Part shown: piece after piece, positions 11,954 through 23,134 of the stretch | Layout: every line of letters begins with the position of its first letter | How positions within the stretch are numbered: the first letter of the stretch is position 1 | NCBI RefSeq assembly: GCF_030028105.1 | Contig: NC_092381.1 | Coordinates: 60,600,505 to 60,664,504 of the forward strand | DNA length: 64,000 nucleotides | Direction of reading: 5' to 3' | DNA from: Mobula birostris | Lineage: Eukaryota | Made by a program: the position numbers and the translations under genes | Notes under the pieces: model-generated | The model's database searches: none | The model's input: only the letters and a program-made list of their open reading frames with translations | Told to the model about the DNA's origin: nothing

Positions 11954-14900
11954 TATGTTTGGATAATAAATTAAATAATGCTCAACTTCTGTCACATTAT
12001 CTTCAAGTCCAAACTGTTCCAATCTATATAAAAAGGAGAATGTTGTTCAAGCAGCGTCTGTGGAAATGATTGCTGTAGTAAACCTTTTGAGTGCACATCC
12101 AGCATCAGAACAGAGAGGGAACAGGGAAGTCTGACAGTTTTCAGCAGTACAAATGAGATTTGGATTACTTTATTGTCATATACACAAGGGTGCAATGAAA
12201 TTCCCTGCTCAAATGAAGCTTACAGAGTGAACATCATACCCAGTAATAATACAGCAATGAGGGCAAAATAACCGAGTGTTGCAAAGCACAGCAAAATGGT
12301 GAAAAGACAGCAGCACAACCTGAATTAGTGCAAAAAGAAATGCTAAAGTAACAATAATGGAATCACCGAGACAGGCAGAATTAAGAGACAGAGACAGCAT
12401 CACCAGGAAGGGGGTATAAAAGAGGTGATTGGTTCAGAAGTCTGATTTCCTGTGGGGAAGATGATGTCTTTGCAATGAGATTCAAGATTGTTGACAATAT
12501 TGGATAAACTGAGCAGGAGGTTGTTGTGTGGGATGAATCATATTCTTACATAAAGCCAATGCATATTATTCAATCACACCATAATGAACTATGAATACGA
12601 GCCAATCACCTAATCTGACTGAGTAATTACTACCCTCAGAAGAAAAGTAGATTTCAAAAGTGAAGACTGCTTCAAACTAGCATAATTCAGATCAATAAAA
12701 AAACAACTGATTCATCAACACTTTAGTACTATAATGTAGTTATTCAGGATTAAGAACATAGTGAAGAGCAGTGGTGTGGGAAACATCCAAAGAAACTGCA
12801 GCATGATTTATGAACAGCAGCCACATGCATAAGCAGAGTGTTTCATGAGAAAATTGCTTGAGAAAATAGTTACAGAGAATGCAATGGATGCAACTAAATG
12901 TAGGTAACCATGCCAGAACCTCGACTGTTACACCACAGAACTCAGACCAGAATAAAAGCAAATTAACATCTGTCTTTCCTTTATTCTTCACCGTTTGAAA
13001 GTTACACATGAATGTATGGTGTCTGTACTGTAACAGAAAACAAAGTGATGGGATTGTCCTGACCCTATTCAATAAATATCTATATTTCCAGAGGGTTTAA
13101 CTGTATTAGGGTTATATGAATGTGGCCTGATTGAAATTGCAGTCTATATATTACCAGGTTATCTACAGCCACTACAGCTATTTCAAGGATTTGCAAGAAC
13201 AACTTCATTGCCAACTTTATATAGTTATGAATTTTTATTGCTGATGATTATTTCCAATACTTTTATTTTACTAAACAATTTTTTTACAATAGTGTACCAT
13301 GTAACTTTTGTTTCCAACTACATATAAATATTAAGTAACAGCATGAGTCTATTGTGTCAGAAGTAGCTGTAGATCTTGTGGACAATATATTCTGCAGTGC
13401 GACCCAGCAGGCACAGGGATATCCAGCAGTGAGAGCTAGAAATTACGAATGCAACATCAAATAAAAATGCTACATGTAACAGGATTTCACTAGAACACCT
13501 TCTCACCAGGTCCATTCACTCTGGAGTTTGAGTAGCATAATTATTCACAATTATACAAGTACCTCAAAAATCATACTTCTATCTTAATTTTACAAAGAAT
13601 TTAATGTACAGGTTTAAAATAGCTGAGATAATAAATTGATAACCTTCAACGTCAGGCATGGCAAATCATTTCAGCAACGTTGTAAAGATTTTCTGGAGTA
13701 TACAAGAGAGATAAAAATTATAAAACCATGAGACCTTTTATGGAAAACTGTCATAAACATGGGAAACACATAGGTCAGAAGATTCCTGATTATTTACATC
13801 TAGGAAATGCAATGTGAAACTAATTATTTTTGCATGACATTAAGAAACTACTGAAACACCAACAAAAAAAATTCAACTGCATTTAATTGTAAATAATTTT
13901 CTTTCCCAAAAATTACACATTCTAAAGTTTCCGTGACTGTTTAATGGTCTTGCATCAGCACTGACTTCAGTATACTATGTCTTTCTTTATTCAAACAGTT
14001 AGTTAAACAGATGCTTATTCGTTCCCATCTCTTTGAAAGGTAATTGTTTGTCTAATCTTCAGTCCATGTATACATAGAGTTACATTAGAGAACCATCTGG
14101 TTTCCATCATTCACAGCTTTGAAATGCACACAATAGTCTTTATTTATTTATTTTTCATATTTCATACAATCTGACAAATTTTCATGGAATGTATTCCCAA
14201 ATAAGCTGATATCTAAAATAGGTAGAACAATCAATTGGAAAACTTATAAGTCTTGCCATATGGTAATTGATTTCTCCTACACTACTTGATTCCTGTAGCC
14301 AGCTGTGATACAGTGCAGAATTGAATTGGCAATCATAAGCAGGCCATTCCCTCACCCAATGGTCTGGGAGTGGGGGGTGGCGAGGGTGGGGTGGTAATAA
14401 CTTCTGGTGGAGTTTGAAACTCAAAAGTAGATCAAAAGGTCCACATCCTTGCTGTTAGAGCTGATCTCTTTCAGGCATGAGGGGCAGCATCCATTATGTG
14501 GGTTTGGGAAAGTCAGTTATATTGTGATATAAACTCACTATTGTAGGTACAAACAAACAGATTCAAGTTTAGCATAGAACAAGACAGTGGCTAAATAAGT
14601 TTTTTAAAAAAAGGAGTCATTCAGCATGGAAACAAGTCCTTCAGCCCAACTGGTCTATAGTGACCAAGATTCCAATTTAAGCTAGTTGCATCTGTTCGTG
14701 TTTGACCCATCCTTCTAAATTTCTCCATACACGTTCCTGTCCATGTGCCCTTTAACTATTGTTATTGAATCAAAATCTATTTATAAGAGGCATGGCATGT
14801 GAGTCTCTGAATGAAATCTGTCCAGGAATCTTTGTTTCACCGATAACATTTCTAATATAAATCGCATGGAGGCTAAAATCAACGAGGTGTTTGCAAAACT

Positions 14901-15435
14901 GAAGATAAGGTTAATATCAAAATATGATTAATAGCCCAGTTAATGGCTTTTGCAAAGTTCTGTAATTGAATGAACCAAAGACAAATGATATTTAATGTAA
15001 ACAATTTAAAGCATTAGATGTCAGGCAAAATATCCCTTTGTGACATTCAGCATGATAATGGAACAAAACTTGTTCAAAAAATCATTTATCAAAGTTATTT
15101 AACTTAACATTTCCAGTTAAGACAGTGAACAAATTAAAACAGCCAACAAATGTGCAGGACCCAGTGAAGGGTAGAATTTGTAGCTTTCCTACAAATAGCA
15201 ATTGATGATAGATTGTTCATTGATCAATGATTTTCTGGGGAAAGGGGCAAAGTTAGGTTACAGATCAGCCAATGGCAAAGCAGGCTCTATGCAACGTGGC
15301 CAAATATACTCTTTTGTATATATTATAATATGGCTTCACAATACATCAATTAGACTATATGTACAACAGTCAATCATCATTAATAATAATAGAAAGATGC
15401 AAAGGTAGAAATAGATGGAATTGTATTATCTTATG

Positions 15436-15629
15436 TTATTCCTGTCCGCGCCTTGTGGTGCATTGGGTGGCAACCTTGCTGTTTCTTTAGCATTTTGTCT
15501 GATTTTTACGAGGCCAAGTTGCAAGCTCAGTGCTCAGCCCAGCACGGATGGAAAGTGTGCAAAGAGCCAGCTGGATTCAGACCACTCACCTCAAAGTCCG
15601 GTGCTGATGCCACTACACCACTGGCCGGC
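15436..15629 (-). mobile_element. tRNA-derived SINE with 12-bp TSD
   Basis: Reverse complement starts GCCGGCCAGTGGTGTAGTGGCATC (A-box); TSD TATTATCTTATG at 15424-15435 and 15630-15641. Confidence 0.75.
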
Positions 15630-15659
15630 TATTATCTTATGAGCATTATATTATTGGAC

Positions 15660-15803
15660 ATCAGCCCAGTCCTGTAGAAGGGTCTTGGCCCAAAGTATGG
15701 ACAGTTTATTACCATTCATAGATGCTGCCTGACCTGCTGAGCTCCTGAAGGACATTGTGTGTATTGGTCTAGATTTTCAGCAACTGCGGTACCTCTTGTG
15801 TCT
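15660..15803 (+). mobile_element. Penelope-like pseudo-LTR fragment
   Basis: CAGTC CTGTAGA AGGG TCTTGG CCC AAAG...; GATGCTGCCTGACCTGCTGAG motif. Confidence 0.75.
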
Positions 15804-16582
15804 TTTATATTAGTGGAATTGTATTATCTTATGAGAAGCACCGTTATTTACATTGTACCTTCTACATAAAATAACCCAGGAGCCTTGAGAAGATTGAGAT
15901 AAGTGGATGACAAATCACCAGAGAGCAGAGAAATGTGTCTTCCATATATTCAAGATAGAGATTAATATATTTTTGGATATTAATAAATCAAAGGATATGG
16001 AGTTTGTGTGGGAAAGTGACTCTGAGGCAACACTTATTGAACGACAAAGTAGACACAAGGGGCCAAACAGTCTAGACCCAAGGTTTCTTTTGTTTTTATG
16101 AGATGTAACCAAAGTTCTAATTATGTACCAAATCATTTTTACCAATTAATAATTGCTATAATCCTATGAAATAAATTAATTGTGTGAATGGACTTGGATT
16201 GCTTTGGATTTCTTTAAAAATTATGATATTTTAGCTGCAACCATAACTATATGTATATGTTCCAATTTTTATTTTATTTTTTAGAAGAAGCTGATGCCAG
16301 GATTGCTCAAGTGATTTCAATGTTGTAGAACTGTCTGATGGAGGACAATGAGAAGTAAAGCAAACAAATAAAGGAATTCATTTTAGCTGTGAAATGCTGG
16401 TCAGAGCTATATATTGCTTAAATGGTGAAATGAAAATTGTGTTTTCACTTCCAGGTTTGTTCAGTCCAACAGAATTTGTCAATACCTGCTTTGTTGCTGG
16501 TAGCTTTGCCAGAAACTCGCCAAAACTGGTAGCTGACAAAGATCATGGTGAGAATGGTTGAACACATGTTCGAAAGATTGCC

Positions 16583-16780
16583 ACAAACAAGAGAAAATCT
16601 GCAGATGCTGGTAATCCAAGCAACACACACACAAAATGCTGAAGGAACTCAGCAGGCTTACTCCTCCTCTTTTATCTCCAGTCCTGCCAAAGAGTCTTGG
16701 CCCAAAACATCGACTACACTTTATTCCATAGATGCTGCCTGGCCTGCTGAGTTCCTCCAGCATTTTGTGTGTGTTGCTCA
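16583..16780. mobile_element. Short Penelope-like insertion with inverted pseudo-LTRs and tail extension
   Basis: CAACACACAC..AAAATGCTGAAGGAACTCAGCAGGC is inverted-complementary to GCCTGCTGAGTTCCTCCAGCATTTTGTGTGTGTTG; the left copy has a ~36-nt extension. Confidence 0.8.
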
Positions 16781-17560
16781 AGGGATCACTAGATCTTTGG
16801 GCAATTTCCCTTAAGGTCAGCAGTATAAGTCATTCTTCCAAGATTGACCACAAAGTCTGGAGACAATAAGCTGACACAAGGCGTTACGGAAAGATTGCAC
16901 AGCATATTGGGCAATTTTCATTGGTATGTACGCAAATAGATGCTGATCAGCCCTCTTTCACACATGTAAAAGCACTGATTGATACATGTCAGAATACTAC
17001 ACAATAGCAAATGGCATCCATAGGTCCAGCAGCTGAAATTACTAAGTAATTTGAAACTGATAATCTGGCAATAATCAAGCAAGGAAACAGAGACAAAGCT
17101 ACAAGGAAGCATCCAAACTGTAATCAATGGTAGGCTAGGAGAGTTGGAGTTTTAGAGGTACAAACCTCTAATTATCTGCTAAGACAGCTGGCTCATCCTT
17201 CATTCTGCAGGGGGTAAAGTGTAAATTTATGCATTGTTGCTTAGAAATATCAATAGTTGGAAGCAGCTGCATAAACACGTGACTATGCTTTGATTGCAGA
17301 CTATGTACCTCATCATTCGGATCAGCATTTTTCAGCGCGGATTTCTACAATAGTTTACTTTTACTGCCTCTTGTAAGCTTCTGGAAATAGTGTTGTTTTT
17401 CATAGATGAATTTGTTAAAATTGAAAAAATAATCAAAATATTGAAATTTAACATTTTGCAGCAATCCTCTATTTCAAGCCAGCGTAGCATTCTATTTACT
17501 GATTACTGCTCATGTTTCATTGTCCTTTTATTTGGTTTAAATAAAACTATAATCATTATC

Positions 17561-18348
17561 ACAAACACAAGAGATTCTGGAGATGCTGGAAATTCAGAGT
17601 AACATATACAGAATGCTGGAGGAACTCAGTACATCAGGCAGCAGCTATGGAAAGGAATTTACAGTCGATGTTTCAAGCCAAGACCCTTCATCAAGACTGG
17701 AGAGGAAGGGTAGAAGAAGGCAGAATAAGAAGGTGGGGGGGGGGAAGGTGGAATATGAGGTGTTGCTCCTCCAATCTACTTGACATAGATTGGGGGCCGC
17801 TTTGCTGAGCACCTTCACTCAATCTGCAATGAGCAGGATTTCCCGGTGGGCAGCCATTTTAATTGCAATCCCTATTCCTATTCTGACATGTCAGCCTGAG
17901 GTCACCTCTACTGCCACTTTCATGTTGGAGCAACAACACTTCATATTCCATCTGGGAAGCCTCCAAATGGATGGCATGAACATCAATTTCTCTAACTTCC
18001 AGTAATTGTTCCCCCTCCCCGTTCCCTCTTTTTCCATTTCCCACTTTGGTTCCCCTCTTACCACTTTTCTTCTCCTCAACTGCCTACACCTCCCCCTGGT
18101 GACTCTCCTCTTCCCTTTTTTCCCCATGGTCCACTCTCCTCTCCTATCAGATTCTTTCTTCTTCAGGCCTTTACATTTTCCACCTATCACCTCCCAGCTA
18201 CTCACTTCACTCCCACCTTCATATTCTGGCACCTTCCTCCTTTCTTTCCAATCCCGATGAAGGACTTCAGCCCAAAATGTCGACTATTTATTCCTTTCCT
18301 CAGATGCTACATGACCCGTTAAGTTCCTCAAGCATTTTGTATGTGTTA
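17561..18348. mobile_element. Penelope-like element with inverted pseudo-LTRs and GIY-YIG C-terminal remnant
   Basis: Inverted terminal copies, each with a decayed hammerhead (17662-17700 minus; 18249-18286 plus); peptide LEQQHFIFHLGSLQMDGMNINF. Confidence 0.85.
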
Positions 18349-18372
18349 CCCTATTATCATTGCATCTATTTT

Positions 18373-21300
18373 ATGAAGGTGACAACCAGGAATAGTCCGG
18401 TGACAGCGTGGAGAGACAGCGGACAGCCAGGAAAGACTGGCACCGGGGGTGTCAGGATTGGCAGTCCGGGCACCAGCTCAGAAGAGCACCCACCTCTTGA
18501 AGCTTCTAGTTTACATGGAGAAACATACCCTTGGGGTCCTCCAAGAGGGAGGGAGAATGATGGACCCAATCGGACGAATACAGTTAATTACAGGGAATGT
18601 CTACGACCAAGAGCTAGGATAAGAGGCTCTGAGTGTCCAGTGTGTTGGTGTCGGAGAGCGTTTTCCAGCATTAAAGGTTTACGAGTCCACCAAGCAAAGT
18701 TGAAGTTGCTATTCCATCCCAGTGGATGAAGATGAGATTACTTCACCAAGCACAGATGATGTGGTCTTTTCAACCACTGATTCACAAGCCACAGCGATTC
18801 GCTCTGGAGAGTGTCATCATACTCCAGGTCAGACGAGAGATAACCTAAGTCAGGTTTCAGACCACAGTTCCCAGGTAGATTCTTCGCATGATGGCGGTGG
18901 TGAGGAGGTAGAGAAGAAGAGGAAGGTCAAGTGGCCAGCAATGGCAGATGAGAAGGTCTGGCGTGTAGTTGATGAGGTTATCAGTATGATGTTGGAGAAC
19001 ACTCTCAGGGGAACATCAAAGAGAAAGTTGGAAGTGATGGGCGATATGATTTACGACGTTGGAAAGTACAGGTTTGGTTTGGTTGAGTTGAAGAAAACAA
19101 AGCCTACACAGCAACCAAGCAGGCGCCAGAAGGAGATTAGTAGGTTGAGGAGAGAGCTTAGATCGTTGAGACAGAGGTGGATGGTAGCAAGTGAGGGTGA
19201 CAAGCCAGGGCTTGCTGATCTCCCACAGCATTTTCAAATAAAGTTAGCATCACTCCATCGTGCAGAGTCACAATGTAAAAAGAGAAAGAAGAGAGAGAAG
19301 GCAAGAAAGTCGTTCTTTGAGAACCCTCACGAGTTCACAAAGAAACTGTTTGAACGAAGTAAGAGCGGGCAGCTTAACATCTCTCAACAAGAACTTGAGG
19401 ATCACCTGGCAAGCACTTACTCTAACGAACAGCAGGAGGCTCCTTTGCTTGACATTTCAGGGCTTGTGAAGCCTACCAAGCCAGGAGTGAAGTTCGATCA
19501 TCAGAAAGGCAAGGTCAGGCTCAGTGCCAGGACCTAATGGAGTGCCGTATAAGGTGTCCAAGAAGAGTGAACAGCTGAGGAAATACTTGTGGAGATTGTT
19601 AAAGGTGGTGTGGAGACAAGGTGTTGTTCCTTTGTCATGGAATGAGGCTGAAGGAGTATACATCCCGAAGGAAGAGAATTCTTCTACATTGAATCAGTTC
19701 CAACCAATTTCACTCCTGAATGTCGAGGGGAAGATTATGTTTGGCATTCTGGCAGAAAGAATATCTTCATTTGTGATTGAGAATGGATTAGTAAATACAT
19801 CTGTGCAGAAGGCAGGAATACCAGGCTTCCCAGGTTGCCTTGAACATTCTAGTATGATATGGCATACCATCCAGGAGTCAAAAAGGTTGAGAAGAAATCT
19901 GGGGTGTAGTTTGGCTTGGTCTGGCAAATGCATATGGTTCTGTTCCCCATGTCCTGATTGAGTTTGCGATGGAATTCCTATGGATTCCTGCTAAGGTGAG
20001 GAAATTTGTTATTCAGTACTACAACGATTTCCAGATGAGGTTTTCCACTCAGTAGTTTACAACTAGGTGGCAGAGCTTGGATGTTGGAATCCCAATGGGA
20101 TGTGCAATTTCACCCATCCTTTTTGTGTTAGCCATGGAGGATATTGTGAGGGCTGCAGAATCAGTGGGACCAGGTGTCGCACTTGATGGCAGAGAGGAGT
20201 TACCACCAATACGAGTGTTCATGGATGATCTTACCCTTTTGGGTCCCAGCACGGAGGCAGTGGAAAATGTACTATCTAGGCTCGAGGAGCTAATGGATTG
20301 GGGAAGAATGAAGTTCAAGACCAAGAAGTCAAGGAGCCTTGTTCTTAGGAGAGGAAAACTGGTTGACTTTCATTTCACCCTTTGTGGAGAGGAGATTCCA
20401 TCCATTCAGGACCAACCAGTTTAGAGCCTCGGGCGATGGTACACAGAGGAGCTGAGAGACACCGAGAGGGTTAAAGAGACAGGAGGACAGATCAGCAGAG
20501 CTCTGATGTCTGTTGACAAGTGTGGCTTGCCCGGCAAGTTGAAGTTGTGGTGCTTGCAGTACGGACTGACGCCACAGATAATGTGGCCACTAACTGTCTA
20601 CAAAGTGGCAATGTCCCATGTTGAGGCAATGGAACGGAAGATCAGCAAGTATGTGAAGAAGTGGCTTGGAGTACAGAGCAGCCTCACCAACGTTGCAATC
20701 CACAGTAGCCAGACAAAGCTTACCATCCCAGTGCAATCCCTTGTTGAGGAGGTCAAAGTAGCCAAGGTAAGATCATTCTTGATGCTTCGAGACTCAAAAG
20801 ACCCTGTCATCAAGAACACCCGGCCGGATGTGAGATCAGGCAGGAAGTGATCAGCTCATGTAGCAGTTGATGAGGCAGAGTCTAGATTGAAGCACAAGGA
20901 GGCGGATGGGGCTATCCAGCTAGGCCACCAGGGACTTGGATGGACAACCCACAAGTGGTGGTCATCTTCTATAGGTAAGGAGCGCCGTGAGCTTGTAACA
21001 CAAGAAATACGAGAGGTAGAAGAGGAGAAGAGGTTAACTAAAACAGCTGGCCTGGCCAAACAAGGGGCTTGGACCCGGTGGGAAAGTGTTGAACAATGAC
21101 ACCTATCTTGGAATGTTCTGTGGCAGATGGAACTGCTCCGCATTTCTTTTTTATGCAGAGCAGCGTACGATCTGCTCCCAACACCTGCCAACCTCAGCAC
21201 CTGGTATGAAGATAAGACAGACAGGTGTGCTGCTTGTGGCGAGAAGGGAACACTTCAACATATCTTGAGTGCATGCGGAGTCAATCTTTCCAGCGGCATG

Positions 21301-21884
21301 TACACTGGGAGACATAACAATGTTCTCAAAGTTGTAACAGAAGCGGTGGAGCAGAGAGTACTGCAGCACAACTTATCTCATGCCCCATGCTGCACAGAAC
21401 ATCGCATATCATTTGTGAAAGAAGGTTCCAAGTCAAGGGTGTACAGCGCAGGCTCACGATCAAGCATACTTTCTTCAGCCAATGATTGGTGTGTCAAGGC
21501 TGACCTGGACAGGAAAGGCAATTTCCCGGAGCAATAGCTTTCACTACATTGCGTCCAGATATAATCATATGGTCTGACACCAGTAGGGAAGCGGTTATTG
21601 GTGAACTCACAGTCCCCTGGGAAGACAAAATCGATGAAACCCATGAGCGCAAGTTAACCAAGTATGCAGAATTAAGATCAGAGTGCAGAGACAGAGGTTG
21701 GAAGGTCTCATGCTATCCATTCAAAGTAGGCTGCCATGGGTTTATTGCGTTCACTCTCCAGAAGTGGCTGCATGACCTTGGCTTCACTAGAAGAGAGATC
21801 AAGTCAACCAGCAGGGCTGTAGCTGAGGCAGCAGAGAAAGGGTCAGTGTGGGTGTGGACCAAGTATGTCCAGAGGGGCAGATAG
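18373..21884 (+). pseudogene. Disrupted RT-RLE polyprotein of the Hero-like element
   Basis: N-terminal CPVCWC...GLRVHQAK Zn finger; RT motifs PGPNGVPY, FQPISLLNVEGK, SVQKAGIPGFPGCLEH, GIPMGCAISPILF, FMDD, KFKTKKS; CAACGEKGTLQHILSAC (CCHC); RHNNVL; RPDIIIWSD...GELTVPWED...RKLTKYAEL (RLE). Split by several stops and frameshifts and an apparent deletion near 19500. Confidence 0.92.
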
Positions 21885-22161
21885 TCAGACAGTGTATACA
21901 TACCTTGCAAACCCTTCAGTAGTTGCATAGACACCTGAAGAGTAGACTATCTGTTGGATGGAAGTGACCAATAACTCTGATAGAGGCATATGCCAAGTTT
22001 TTAAGCTTACTAGTGGGAGGTGGTGCTTTAGCACTGCTGGCCCACCACCTCGAGGGAGTCTTGATCATAGGCGGGCCGAAACTCCTGAAGACAGGTGGCA
22101 GATCAACTGATGATCCCACTGGTGATAGCACAGGACAGTTAACATCTTAGTCCACGTGTAT
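18378..22161 (+). mobile_element. Near-full-length R2-group non-LTR retrotransposon with restriction-like endonuclease (Hero-like clade)
   Basis: Single ancestral ORF with Zn finger, RT, CCHC and PD-(D/E)xK RLE domains; structured 5' and 3' UTRs; abrupt change in composition versus flanks; no poly(A) and no unambiguous TSD. Confidence 0.9.
22007..22125 (+). ncRNA. Predicted non-circularly permuted hammerhead ribozyme with kink-turn, in the Hero-like 3' UTR
   Basis: CTGATGA 22107-22113, GAAA 22078-22081 and GTC 22058-22060. Stem I 22061-66/22101-06; stem II 22039-43/22073-77; stem III 22054-59/22081-86. K-turn plus helix 22045-50/22093-98; closing helix 22007-18/22114-25; hairpin 22019-38. 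Confidence 0.8.
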
Positions 22162-23134
22162 TTTGTAGCTGAACAAAAAATGCCATCATTAAATAAGTAG
22201 TTCTACTTTGTAATATTTGGAAATATGTGGGTGGAACTTTTATACTGCTTTCTCTTTCCACTGTGGATTTTAATGTGTTGATATAAATATGTATTGGAAA
22301 ATCCGAATCATGTATATTCATTTTCTTGCAAGATGAACAGACAACACACCATGAATACATTCAAAGCCAATCTGTCAGTGGAAAGCACAAAATATAAGCC
22401 AGTAATAAAATGATACAATTGCACTTTGCTAAATTAAATGCATGTTAAATGCAATGGATTTGATAAAGACACTGAGCACACCTATATTAAAAAGCAAAAC
22501 AAAACAGCAGATGCAGTAAATCTTAATTTGAAATAGAAAATGTTGGCAATACTCAACAGGCCAGGAAATATTTGTGTTTTGCTTTTCACAAAAACTGCCT
22601 GGCTTGTTCAGCAATTTCTGTTTATATCGGAACACAACTAAACTTAGTTATATTAGCACTAAATACTAAATATCCAAATTAATAGGAAGACTGACTCTAA
22701 CAACGCAATACCAATAATGTACACTAGCTTATAATATCCTCTACATTGTTCATCCTTAACTTGCTTGAATATTATCACTATTCATGATGTAACTCCGATT
22801 ATATTTTGCCCAGTTATTCAGAAATCCCAATGATTTTGCAGATTGGATGGTTCCTGCTCTCCTCTGCACAGACCGGAGTCTGGGCTTTCAATGCTCTCCT
22901 CAACACCTCAGATTCCAGCTCCTCCCACTCCCTTCACACCTATGAAGGTTCTGTTTCCACTTCTTCAGTTAAACTTATCAGTTTTGCTGGGAAACTCATT
23001 ATACTGCATAATATTCAAAATAAAAATGAATTTAAAGTATATTAGGATATTAATAGGAAAATATCTAATACTTAAGAAACTCTGCAGGTCTGGCATTACC
23101 AAAGCCTCAAGCTTGTGAGATTAGCTTTCTCTGT

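Noticed and set aside
18360-22175. TSD for the Hero-like element (TATTTTAT vs TATTTTGT)
   Set aside because: Short, imperfect, AT-rich match that does not abut the 5' boundary; not convincing.
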